The notes under the pieces are model-generated. The model searched no databases, had not been told where the DNA came from, and worked only from the letters and a program-made list of their open reading frames with translations. A program made the position numbers and the translations under genes. Source: the human T2T-CHM13v2.0 reference genome, Homo sapiens. Taken from it: DNA of 64,000 nucleotides. Positions 46,086 through 58,108 of the stretch are shown here, in pieces. Positions within the stretch are counted from its first letter, which is position 1, and each line of letters opens with the position of its first letter. Location of the stretch: the NCBI RefSeq assembly GCF_009914755.1, contig NC_060926.1; one strand, given 5' to 3'.

Positions 46086-47498
46086 TTCTGTCTTCGAGTT
46101 TAGAATAGCAAGAATTGGACGTTTCAAGATTTGCACAAGGAGATTTGCCCAAACACAAATCACCCTGTCCTCCTTGATTCATTTATTTGTATTAGAATAT
46201 TTTCATCTTCTGACTATCAAGGGGGAAGGACCATTTGCCAGTTATCCGAAGAATCCAGCTCTCTTCTTTAGAAAAAGTGGCTGTAATTCCTAGAGTCCTC
46301 TCCAGCCTTCCAGCATTCTGCTGTCACCCCTCCCACCCCCTCTCACCCTTTTAACATTTTCCTGCCTCCCAGCTGTGAGTGTTGTGTGGTCTGTTGGGAT
46401 GGGGGTGTGGATTTAGCTATGATCCTTCAAAAAAGTCCAGAATAATTCAGGGAACTATCTTTAAAGTACAAAAACAGCAAATGGACCTTAGCTCCGACTT
46501 AAGCAGAATGAAAGGTTAAGTAACGCTTCCCCCAGTTCTCGTCTCGGGAGACAGACGTTTAACCGGTGAGCACTGCCATTTTTTTTTTCCTTTCTGGTCA
46601 TAAATTAGACACTTAAAATAGATTTTAAGGAGCCAGCTGAAACGAACCAATACCATGGCTCTAAATTACGTTTCCTGGAGGCTAAAAATTCTAATTGCGT
46701 CAAAAAAAATTGACGTGTCCTGTCTACTCACCTTGACTGACCACGTTTTAGGCGTGAAGATCTCCCCGCAGCCCGTTTGGGCGCTCCTTCAACGCCTCAC
46801 GCTCCTCCTACTCACCCGTTTTTCCCTTTGCAGAAAAGGCTTGGCCCCAAATCCGGTTGGAATATCTTTAAACAATCCCCCACCCACCCACGACGGGGAA
46901 AGGAATAAAGGGCATTGTGGGCGGAGGGTCGTGTTCCCAAGTCCCAGCGGTGGTTGACCTAAGGAAACGTTATCCTCGGCAGACAGGGTGGAGTAGCCGG
47001 GGCTGCAAGCTCGCAAATCCCTAATGCCGGAGAGAGACTGGAGGGGTCGCATATCGCCCCCTCCTTCTTCTGCCTTTGAGCGCCGCGTTCCCATTTCTTC
47101 AAAGCGCTTCAAATACAATCGAAACAGCTGGGCGGACACCACTCCCTTCCGGGCCACCCCTCATCACCGGTTCGAGTCCCCGGAGAGGATATCTTTTTTC
47201 CACCCCCATTATCCCAAGAATCCTCCCCCAGGAATGATAAAAGATTAAAGGAAGAGTGAAAGACATAAACAAAAATATAGGTTTCAAATGTTGTTTAGAG
47301 CCGAATGACAACCACGGCCACTCTTAGTTCAAATTCCTACCGGAGAGAAGAGCAGTGGGCGAAATACCTCACCCCCCAACTAGGCAAAACAAACAGCAGT
47401 TACTGTCAGGAGGGAGGAGGGCTGGGGCGAGTCTGGTGGGTTGGCCCATAGCTATTGGCGGAAGCAAACGAAACAGAGGCATGGGGACCAGAAGGACG

Positions 47499-47519
47499 GG
47501 CGCTGTCCTTCGTGCTGAA
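47499..47519 (-). promoter_or_regulatory. RE1/NRSE (REST binding site) upstream of GAD1
   Basis: Reverse complement TTCAGCACGAAGGACAGCGCC versus consensus TTCAGCACCACGGACAGCGCC: 19/21, canonical spacing. Confidence 0.75.
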
Positions 47520-49040
47520 AGATCTATGCCCTACCTCAAAACTCAGTAATCTGGATGGAGTGGAATTCCAGGCCTTCAATTCATTACCATTCCTGCTGTG
47601 CCCAAGAGTTCGAGTTGGAGGAGATCATTGAAAATTAAATCAAATTTATGAAGTTTCTAAGTGCGCTCCTCTCCCTGCCTCACCGGAATGTCCACTCCCG
47701 GCGTGCAGGATAATATAAACCGCAGGGACAATGCAAGCTCCAAAAAATAAGTGCTTGGCACATAGTAGGGGATTAATAAATATTCGTTTAATCAATTACT
47801 GCTAATATTCAATTAAACATTCTAAACAAGGACGGACAAAAGTCTTCATTCCTCCCCTACTCACCATAAAGGAGAAAGAGAGGGATGTCCTCGAAGCTGG
47901 ACGGACTCAGCTTCAGCTTGCGTTACCTAGCCTTGCAGGAGATTCCTTCTCCAACGAGATTATTTCATTGGCTAAAACGTTAGGGGTGTTTTGAACTCTG
48001 GGGTCAAAGGAGGAAGTGGTTGGAAATGTCTCAATCTCGTGCCACAGGTGAAGTAAACGAATCTTCCTTTCCAGGGAATCACGGGTTTTGGGAAAAGGTT
48101 GAGGCGAGCGGGCGTCTATGCTGGACAATGAAGAACGAGGGGCACCGGGAGATGTGTTGCCTCCTCCTTCCTGTCTCCTGCCCCGTGCGTCTTGAATGAT
48201 TTAGCACTGGCACCTGGCTCCCTGATTGGTGCGAGCGTCTCGTTTAGGGAAGGCTCTAGGAGGGCCGGTGGATGGAATTCCGAGCTTCACCTGGTTGTAT
48301 GCCGCCCACTTCAAGCAGCGCAGAGCAGCTGCCGGTTGAGTGGTTTGGGGGGACGTTTCCTACGTGGAGCAGACACCCCCAGCCTGTCCAGCCCCAAGCC
48401 TCAGTGCCCGGGGCTGCAGTCACCGCGCGCCCCGCCGTTTAGGATGTTTTTTGTGTCCTTAAAAAGTGCCGGGGATTTCATCGTCAGGTGGAGACAAGGC
48501 GACAAAACAGTAGTTTCTTTAGTACCAAAGGCAACGCGATTATTTCAAACCCCACAGCGAGATCCCTCTTGCTGATCAGGCCATGTCTGCCCAGGGCGGA
48601 CCCTTCGATCTCCCTTATGGAACTCTCGGTAATTTATAATATTTTTGTGTGTGTTTCCATTGTGTTGTGGTGAAAGGCGATAAGGCATTCAAAGAAAACG
48701 GACGGGCCTCCGCTGAACCAGTGAGGCCCCAGACGTGCGCATAAATAACCCCTGCGTGCTGCACCACCTGGGGAGAGGGGGAGGACCACGGTAAATACCA
48801 GTAAAGGAATCACTGCCTACACGGTGTCACCCAGACACGCACAGACATCAACATTTTTGCCCTAAAGAAAAAAACTGGGGGAGAAGAAAGGGGAGAACTT
48901 AAACTAGTGACAGGGCGGTGAGGGAAGGCATGAAGAGGCAAGCCGGCGCGTAACCGTCTGGCCAGCAGCTCCAGGTGTGGGCTCCGCTCGGGCGCTGGCG
49001 GAGAGACCCGGGAGCGCAGGGCCTCTCCGTCTCTGGGCTC

Positions 49041-49060
49041 TTGGCGCCCTCTGGTGGGAA
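49041..49060 (-). promoter_or_regulatory. CTCF motif
   Basis: Reverse complement TTCCCACCAGAGGGCGCCAA, near consensus. Confidence 0.7.
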
Positions 49061-50029
49061 TTTCTCTTTCAACGCATTTTTACGGCGAGGGGCTTCTCCC
49101 AACGCAGCGGTTCTTTTAACTACGCCTAAATATTGCAAAGGGAGAATCCTTAAAGCGCGTGAAATCGAAGGGGGAGCGGGCCAGGGCAAGGGGGGCTGGT
49201 CCGCCCCTTCCGGGGCACCTCTGTGCTCGGGTGCCCCATGCGCGTGCAGCGGCGCTCGTGCGTGTCATCAACCTTCAGACGTGATTAATCAGGAGGCCTT
49301 CTTTTCCCATCACCAAGGGGGCCAAAGCGAGGAGCGAGCGCATAGCAAAAGGGACGCGGGGTCCTTTTCTCTGCCGGTGGCACTGGGTAGCTGTGGCCAG
49401 GTGTGGTACTTTGATGGGGCCCAGGGCTGGATGAGGAAACTGTAATTCCTCCATGGTCTAAGAGGTCTCCCCTCATTTCTGCCTCCTTTGCGGTTACAAC
49501 AATCCCAGCTCCGTAGAGAGCCAACGAGGACACGACCCAAAGCGCGCTTTCGCTCAAGGAAGCGTCGCAGGGTCACAGATCTGGGGGAACCCCGGGGAAA
49601 AGCACTGAGGCAAAACCGCCGCTCGTCTCCTACAATATATGGGAGGGGGAGGGGAAATGGGAGAGGGGAAAGGAGGGGAGGGAAGAAGAAACGCTCAGAA
49701 AGGCAGAATTCTTCGTAGGAATTATCTTTTCCCTCCTCTCACCCGACAGCCTGCCTATTTCCAAAGGAAAAAAAAAAAGCGTGTTGAGTACGTTCTGGAT
49801 TACTCATAAGACCTTTTTTTTTTCCTTCCGGGCGCAAAACCGTGAGCTGGATTTATAATCGCCCTATAAAGCTCCAGAGGCGGTCAGGCACCTGCAGAGG
49901 AGCCCCGCCGCTCCGCCGACTAGCTGCCCCCGCGAGCAACGGCCTCGTGATTTCCCCGCCGATCCGGTCCCCGCCTCCCCACTCTGCCCCCGCCTACCCC
50001 GGAGCCGTGCAGCCGCCTCTCCGAATCTC

Positions 50030-50192
50030 TCTCTTCTCCTGGCGCTCGCGTGCGAGAGGGAACTAGCGAGAACGAGGAAGCAGCTGGAGGTGACGCCGGG
50101 CAGATTACACCTGTCAGGGCCGAGCCGAGCGGATCGCTGGGCGCTGTGCAGAGGAAAGGCGGGAGTGCCCGGCTCGCTGTCGCAGAGCCGAG
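50030..50192 (+). other. GAD1: GAD1 non-coding exon 1 (5' UTR; TSS approximate, possibly as far up as ~49830-49900)
   Basis: ATG-free GC-rich segment ending at donor GAG|gtgggt; joins exon 2 acceptor tctctttgcag|CCTGTTTCTG at 51672. Confidence 0.75.
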
Positions 50193-51734
50193 GTGGGTAA
50201 GCTAGCGACCACCTGGACTTCCCAGCGCCCAACCGTGGCTTTTCAGCCAGGTCCTCTCCTCCCGCGGCTTCTCAACCAACCCCATCCCAGCGCCGGCCAC
50301 CCAACCTCCCGAAATGAGTGCTTCCTGCCCGCCCTAGTCCCTGCTCTCCACGGGTGCGCTGCGCAGGGACCCCCCCCCCCCGCCTCCCTCGTCACTCTTC
50401 TTATCCCTGCCCTCCGGATTCACGCCCCGGGGAAGCACGGAGGCTGAGGCTCTAGTTGAAGTGGGGCAAGAGCGATTTTCCCTTGAGCTTCCATGCTGCG
50501 AGCGCCTGTCCCTCCAAAGGGCGCCTGGGCAGCAGCAGCCGAAGGCGCTACTAGGAACGGTAACCTGTTACTTTTCCAGGGGCCGTAGTCGACCCGCTGC
50601 CCGAGTTGCTGTGCGACTGCGCGCGCGGGGCTAGGAGTGAGGTCGGAGGGAGGGTGTGGAGGCGATGGCCGGTGGGCCCTTCTCTGTGGGGTCCTCGATC
50701 TACCCAGATTAGCCCGCAATCTCTCTGTCCCGGGGCCTTCGGGCGCCATCGCGCCAGCGCCGAGAGTCGAGCAGGGGCGCCGCGCAAGATCTTTGTCCGC
50801 CGCCTCCTGCGCGCTGCGCGCAAGTTCGTTTCCCCGGTGACGTTCCCCATGCTTACTTACCCCACCCTCTCTGGATCTGTACCGCGAGAAATCTGGGGTC
50901 CTCAGGGGGCTAGGTAGAGGAGAAACGCTGAAACCGGACCGAAACCTCGCCCTAGGCTTAGCGATGGCTAAAAACCGGCTGGGATAAGAGGGAGGCAAGC
51001 AACATTCCGACTCGCTGCTTTCTGGCTGTCTGGAGTGCAAGGTGACTGTGGTTCTTCTCTGGCCAAGTCCGAGGGAGAACGTAAAGATATGGGCCTTTTT
51101 CCCCCTCTCACCTTGTCTCACCAAAGTCCCTAGTCCCCGGAGCAGTTAGCCTCTTTCTTTCCAGGGAATTAGCCAGACACAACAACGGGAACCAGACACC
51201 GAACCAGACATGCCCGCCCCGTGCGCCCTCCCCCCGCTGGCCCACACGCCGGCTGCTGAGTGCCCAATGGGGCTTGTAGCGGCTCGGCTGGAAAATCGCT
51301 CACTGAGCGCTCCCCTGTGCTCCTAGCCTAGTCCCCCACACCCTTGCGTCTTGTACTGGCCTTGGACCCCCACCCCGACCCCGACCCCGCCTCGTCTCGG
51401 CGCTTCACTCCAGGTCGCGCCGATGCACCGCCAGACTCGAGAGCGGCCCAGGGCTACGCTCCCTGCGCCCCAGTACCGGAGCTAGCGCGCACGTCTCCTC
51501 CGCTGCCCCCACCCCTGCGCACCCCTACCAGGCAGGCTCGCTGCCTTTCCTCCCTCTTGTCTCTCCAGAGCCGGATCTTCAAGGGGAGCCTCCGTGCCCC
51601 CGGCTGCTCAGTCCCTCCGGTGTGCAGGACCCCGGAAGTCCTCCCCGCACAGCTCTCGCTTCTCTTTGCAGCCTGTTTCTGCGCCGGACCAGTCGAGGAC
51701 TCTGGACAGTAGAGGCCCCGGGACGACCGAGCTG

Positions 51735-51816
51735 ATGGCGTCTTCGACCCCATCTTCGTCCGCAACCTCCTCGAACGCGGGAGCGGACCCCAATACCACT
51801 AACCTGCGCCCCACAA
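51735..51816 (+). CDS. GAD1: GAD1 (glutamate decarboxylase 1, GAD67) exon 2 coding part: MASSTPSSSATSSNAGADPNTTNLRPT
   Basis: Peptide matches the GAD67 N-terminus; exon starts at 51672; donor A|gtaggt, phase 1. Confidence 0.97.
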
Positions 51817-52408
51817 GTAGGTCCCGCCCCAATTTTCTATCAAATGAACTGCAGGGAAGATGGGGGCGCTGGGACGTCGGGAGGCTGAGCTGGCGGAAAG
51901 GGAAGGGGGAGCGCGGAGATAATGGAGGCTGGGAAATAAATGGGGCTCTGACCCCGTCCCTGCCAGAGGTCATTCGGCTGTCAGGGACGCTAGGTGACTC
52001 CCAGGGCACCGGAAAGCGAGGACCACGCAAGGTCCGAGCAGCGGCGATCGTTGAGGGCTTCGCGGAGGAGGAGGGGCGCGCAGCCAGGGTGTTGTTTTTA
52101 TTCTGTTGTGTGTGGTTTCTTTGCTCCGTGGGACGACAGGGGTCAGCGCAGGGGGCGGAATGAAGAGCTAGGAGCCCCAGCAGGAATAAGAGTTTTCAGT
52201 CCCCGGCTTTCGTTGAGCCAAGATCTGACCTCCTCCTTTCCCCCTGGGCTGTGTTCAAAGTCTATAATCAGCGGAAATTTCGACGTTAATTGCAGCTTTT
52301 AGAAAACTCAAGGTCCCTAATTGCTCCAAATTTGCATCAAGCTATTGACGAGTTAGGGAGAAGTCAGGGGCGGGAAAGGTGCATAAAACTGAGACTGAGC
52401 CTTGACAT

Positions 52409-52871
52409 TTCATACAATTAATTACATCTCAGAGAAATAAATAAATAAATAAATAAATAGGGGAGCGGGCGGCATCCTGAGTGGCAAGAGATGGGGAACT
52501 GGGAGGGGGCAAGAAGCTTTATCATAGAGAGGAGAGAGCACCTCTCTCCTTATCCCAGGCAAGAGATCTGTCAGGAGGTGACATGTCCCGAAAAGAGAGA
52601 AAGAAAAGAGACACCAGATAAAAGAGGGGGGAGGATTTATGCTTCCCTGTCTTAAGTGCGACAGGCTCCTCAACCCATTTCCAGAATCTATCTTTAATTT
52701 TATTTCCTACCTCTGTAAAGGCTTGAGATGAGAAAATTGTTTTTCTTTTTCCTTGTTGGAGTGAAGAAGTGTCTCCTGACCCCACCCCCCTAAAAAAACT
52801 TATCAGCTTCAGACTGTAAGTGTTCCCACTCCCCCATTTATTTATTTCTGAGATGTAATTAATTGTATGAA
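52409..52871. repeat. Inverted repeat pair in GAD1 intron 2
   Basis: TTCATACAATTAATTACATCTCAGA (52409-52433) is the exact reverse complement of 52847-52871; similarity extends through (AAAT)n and GGGGAG(C/T)GGG. Confidence 0.9.
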
Positions 52872-54779
52872 TTTCCAGAATTTGTATACAGAAAGGGCTT
52901 AAGAAGGATAGTGTGGTTACAGGGAGTGCTTATTGATGCGCTTTTATGGCACTTTATATTTGAGAAAATAAGTATCCTCATCAATGAAGTGGGGATTATT
53001 ACCGGAAAGCCCCTTTAGACGCTGGCATTGGCTCCCGGGCAGGAGGTCTCGTGTTAAGTCCTCAGGTCTCATTCCAATTTCCTTTGCAGCTCCCTCTTCC
53101 CGCCACCCAGGAGGGATACAATTACCCACACAACAAAGAGGGCCTCGGGAGAGTCGCCAGCCCTGGTAGCATATGAACCAGGCACCGGCGTTGGAGCTGG
53201 CCAGGGCAGGGCGGGAGGAACGCGAGGCCTGCGCGCCTTTGTGTGGTGCTTTCGCCTTGATGGATTTCTTTTCTGACGCTTTCCACATTTCCCGCTCCCT
53301 TTTGCCGCCTGGGGGTGGGGGTGGGGGGTTAGCGGGCAGTTGTGTTAATTTGCCCTCCACTCCCGGCGCCCTTACGGAATTCCCGGTGGCCGCCAGTCGC
53401 CGGCGCAAATGCCAAGTCACCGGTAGGAGACACAACAGAGGCGATGACCTGAATCCGCACGTGGCCTGGTTCGCCTGGAAGCTGCCAAAGCGAAGGCAAG
53501 AGAGCCCGGGACCCTGCTGTAAAACAGCAAGCAGCACGTGTCCCAGGCACACTGTTGCGGGCCCTTAGCCTAGCTACGCATCCGCACCCCAGGCTTCAAA
53601 GGCGCGCTGGGCGCTCTATCCACTCTCACCCTCCCTTGCAGACAATACCTTTGCCCGCCCAGCTGGCTCCACTTCTTTGCCCCTTTAGAGTCTCCTGGGA
53701 GGTGGCGTTAGTGCAGGCAACCTAAGGCACTCTCTTGTTCCAGAAACCCTTGGGTGGGGCTTGGAGCCCTCCTTGTCCCCAACCACTAGGTCTTCCCGAC
53801 CCTTGCTACATCAAAGGGGCTCTCTCGCTTGCTCTCCCCGTCTCCCTTTCCCTTTCTTTCATTGCAACCCCCAATTTTGAAAGGCAGTGCAATGTGTCTG
53901 AACTCCAACTTCCCTGTTGATTGACCTTGGAAAACTCATGTAACCTCTCTGAGCCTCGATGTTTTTTCTTTGTCAAATGACTCTTAGATCAACACTCCTG
54001 CCAGTTTCATAGGACTGTTACGAGAATTAGATGAGATGATGTTGAAAGTGAAAGCACTTTATCAGGTCCAAATAGCTCTTTATCCGCCAGGTATTATTAG
54101 GGTTTCGCTTTTGCACTGATTTCCTGTCTGTCACTGGAACTCCATCTGTGACATGTCTTACCGACGTCAGGCTGTTTCTTCTCCCCGCTGGGGCTCTGTT
54201 GTGCCTCAGGTTTAATGGATGTCACTCTCCTTATCGCCTCCAACACCTGTGCGAAGCTGGAGGCACCAGTCAGGGTAGGGTAAGCGAGTGCTTGGAGAGG
54301 TTTGCTTTGAGAGATTGGAAGGGGATTTCGTGCTGGGCTCACCACACCACTCCGCTTGGGGGCTTAGTGGGGATGGGGCTGCTTCCCACGCTTCTTGCTG
54401 GAAGTTGAACCCCGAAGGCAGCAGGTAGACCTTGAGGGGTTTGAGAACAGCCTGGAAAAGAAGGAAAATCCAGCAGCACCTCCACCCTCAGTTGTGACTC
54501 AGAGGAAAGGTGCTTGATTCCATTTACCTTTGCCTGCTCCAGACCCAAGATGTCAGAGGGAAGGGTTAATGAGGGGCAGGTTGGGAAGAGGGGCCAGGGA
54601 TGAGGACCTGAGGCGCACTATTGTCTTCCCCACTCCCCGGTCTGACTGAAGAGCAGCCATGCGAGCCCGATCATCTAGTCAAATACTATTTTTCACCCAA
54701 TTAATTCTTGAACTCTTCCACGACCCCATTTCATGCCAGTTTATTTTAAGCTGCCACTAGGCTGGAGACCCGCCAAGAA

Positions 54780-57180
54780 ATTATGAGACGTTTCGGTCCC
54801 AGATGCCTGTGTTCCCTTTCTGGGCTGCTGTGGTCGCCCTTTGAGTCTGCGGGGCCCGGCCAGTGGGTGTTGGGCAGCTCGATCGGAGCCTGGCCCTTTG
54901 CGTGTGGGTCAGCCTTCACCCAACTCCGACCCCACCTCCGGAGCTGCCGGGCGGGGGTCGCTTACGGGCCCGGAGGGGCGCCGGGTGCCCCGCCTCTCAG
55001 AGACACCGTTCCATATTTGAAGCCAGGAGCAGGAAGGGAGTATGATGGGGGCTTAGAGTATATGCCTGTCGGCTCACAGATTTGGCTCCTAGCTCCTTTC
55101 AGGAAGTAGCTTTTAATGAAGAGCTCTGGCAAAGTCCTCATCCTCCCCCAAGAAAACCATTGTCCTCCACCCATTTCCCCGCGGTCGGAACCTCCCTAAC
55201 CGAACCTCTCTCCCTCTCTCTCGTCCTAGCGTACGATACCTGGTGCGGCGTGGCCCATGGATGCACCAGAAAACTGGGGCTCAAGATCTGCGGTAAGTGA
55301 CAGGACCCACTGGGGCCCGGCTGGGTGGCGCGGCGGGCGGACCTTTGGGGCTTGGGAGACTGGGACGCAAGCGGAGGGGGATCCGGGCTCATGGGTCTGA
55401 TTTTCTAATGTAATTACAGCCAGGACAGCCAGCGACCACGCTCCCCTACAGGCCCTGACCCTCCTCTGCCCGCCCCAGACCTGGTCCCCAGGGGTCTTTT
55501 CCTCTGGAGTCCCCAATCCCCAACACCCAGTGGAGCGAACGCCGGGTGCCCTGCCTGGGCGCAGAAGCGGGAGGAAAGCGCCCCCGCGCGGCAACCCCGC
55601 CTTCCTAGCCCTGCGCGCAAGCAGCTCCCACCCGGTGCCGTGCACTCTGCCTGCGCGTCCCAAAGGTCGCGTAGAAAAGGTGAACTGATCTGGCTTGCTG
55701 GAGAGCAGACCAAAGGCGGTGTATCTGCCTAAAGCTGTAGCTGACACGTCTCCCCCATCCCCTACATCATCGCCTACCCCTCACTCGCACCTCCACCCGC
55801 GCAGTCGGGTCGCATTGAAAGTGGTCTCTCCACCTTGAGGGGTTTTGCCCTGAGATGTCATAACGGATTCAAGTTTCTTTCTTTGGGGCTTCGGAGGCTA
55901 AAGAAAAGGATTGCCTGGAGCCCTCCATGGCCTGCCTGAGGGAGGCACGAGGGTTTGCCTGGCGCATCCTTGAAGGCGAGGAGGGAAGGGAAAGGGGACG
56001 AGCAGGGACGAGGAGCCGCAGGCGGCGAAAGAACCGGGAAGGAAGAAAATAGATCAGGGAGCTGGAGAGGAGAAAGAACTGCTCTCTGGAGACAGGAGGG
56101 TCTGAAATGAAAACGCCCAAAGGATGTAATTTTTTTAAAGGAAAAAGGGAGATTTGTTCGAAGGGACACAGCTGAGTGATTCTGGCTGAACAATGAGGCC
56201 TCACTTTCCTGGCTACATTTCACCGACTAAAATTCTCTAGCCTTATCGGGCCAGAAAATACGGATGTCCCCGGGCAGAGGTTGGAGAGGCGGGGGAAGAT
56301 TAACGGGCGGCTTATTAAAGAGCCATCCGTCAGCTCCTGCGCGCGGGAGATAGCGGCAGAGCAGGCACGGGACACGCCCGCCCGCCCTAGCCCCGGAGCG
56401 CCGAGAGCCGCCCGCCGCCTGGGTGCTCTCTGCACCTGATCTTCCCAGCCTCCCTGGGTCCCGGGGCGAGGGCGGTGGCAGTTTGCAGTCAGAGCAGAGT
56501 GGCCGCTTTGGGGAACTACTCCCTTCCCTGCTTGGCCGCGCCGCGCCCTCCCTGCATTTCTGGGGCTCTGTCCTCTAGACCCTGGGACTCGGCGTTTAGG
56601 GAGGAACAGGCGCTCCATTCCTAGACCCAGCCATTTTCCACCGAAAGCCCAGCCCTGCCGCCGGGCGGCCTGGGAGTTTGGCCTTCTCCCCAGCGCAGGA
56701 CGCCCGTGGGGCAAGGCCAGGGCTGCATCCCTGTGCTGGGGCAGCCGGCGGCCGCGGATCTTTGTTCTATAAATAGCCCCGTCCCACTCCCACCCCCACC
56801 TCCACCCCCACCCTGCCGCCATTCTGGGCTTAATGGCCCGTTTCGCGCCAGGTCCCTTCGGCGGCCGCAGCGCTCGGCTTCTGCAGCCGTCATTGTCATG
56901 CAGCCAGCCGGGCAGGCAGAACTGAGCGAGCCCTGGGCAGCCGAGGACAGAAGTAGGGGCAGGCTCTGGGCGACGGCTCCTTACCAGCGGCGCCTGGCCT
57001 GCTGAGGGTGGGGGGCAGCCCTCATTCACCCCCATCCTGCCCCCTGCTGTCCCCTGCTCCTCTGGCTGCAGGCGCTCCACTTCCGCGGGAATAAAAGGTC
57101 TAAGTGCTTCTTATGGGGACATACCCGACGAGTTCAGAAAGGCTAAAGAGGCGGGAAAGAGTGGGGCTTCGCTGGGTCCG
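54780..57180. promoter_or_regulatory. GAD1: Intragenic CpG islands around GAD1 exon 3 / intron 3
   Basis: High CpG density; GC boxes; MEF2-type CTATAAATAG at 56767-56776. Confidence 0.7.
55230..55292 (+). CDS. GAD1: GAD1 exon 3: (T)[20 protein letters not shown]
   Basis: ctctcgtcctag| acceptor and G|gtaagt donor; 63 nt; peptide matches GAD67. Confidence 0.97.
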
Positions 57181-57520
57181 GAAATAGGGAAGCCGGAGTT
57201 GGCCTCCACTCCCCCTCCCCCACTGTCAGCCGAAGCTAGGAGGGAGAGCTCCTGGGGGCTACAGTCCTCAGAGAGTTTCCTCCCTGTGTCTGCTCCCCAC
57301 AACCCATGGTAGTCTGTTGAGGAGAAATTGCCTTGGGCTAAAATGCCCCGCTTTTGGGGCCACAGGTTAGGAGGCTTCCCATTAGGTTTGATTGTGAAAG
57401 AAAACAAAACACCAAGATTTATTTTCCACACCTTGAGACAACTTTGGCTTTCCATTTTAATCTAGTGGAGGCAGAGTGCAGTCTTTTGTGTTGGCCCTGG
57501 GTCCACAGCTCCCTGCCTGC

Positions 57521-57522
<2 letters not shown>

Positions 57523-57560
<38 letters not shown>
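57523..57560 (+). repeat. (CA)n microsatellite
   Basis: About 19 AC units. Confidence 0.95.
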
Positions 57561-57562
<2 letters not shown>

Positions 57563-58069
57563 CTCCCTTCATCCCTGGAGGGATGGACCTGGAGGGTCCC
57601 TTCTTGACTTGACACCATCCAGGTTGGTTTACCCTTTCACATTAAGAGAGCAGAGGAACTCATGGTCCTCTTCCCACTTCCAAACCCACTGCCCTGGATG
57701 ACTCTCAGAAGCACCCTCAGTGCCTTGCCAAAATTCAACCCCCACCCACTCTCCCCCTGCCCTTCCCCAAAATCCACAGAATGAAGCTGCAAGGAAGGCC
57801 CTGGGCCCCACTAGTGGTAGCCCTGAAGGCAGAATTAGCTCTGGAGGCAGAATCCCCCAGGGAGAGTAATCAGCTAGAAGAAACCCATGGTCTTGCCAAG
57901 AGCTGGAGAGTGCTGCAGGCATGGTGGCATGACCTAAATACGATGAGTTGCAGGGATCCCTAAGTTCTGGCTCCAGGCTCTGCTAACTTCCCAGGGTGTC
58001 CTTGGGCTTCCATCACTTATCTCTTGCTGCCAACTACAGCCCCTGAGCTGTTTTATTTAGCCTACACTC

Positions 58070-58072
58070 GTG

Positions 58073-58103
<31 letters not shown>

Positions 58104-58108
58104 GTGTG
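58070..58108 (+). repeat. (TG)n imperfect microsatellite
   Basis: GTGTGT...TATGTATGTGTGT. Confidence 0.9.

Larger units (their letters stand above)
48690..52160. promoter_or_regulatory. GAD1: GAD1 promoter CpG island (spans exons 1-2)
   Basis: Dense CpG and GC boxes; TATAAA at 49865-49870; G-rich purine tract at 49641-49682. Confidence 0.88.

Noticed and set aside
50420-57080. Many 100-286 aa ORFs on both strands
   Set aside because: These are GC-rich island artefacts; only the GAD1 exon 2 and exon 3 segments have splice signals and a known peptide.
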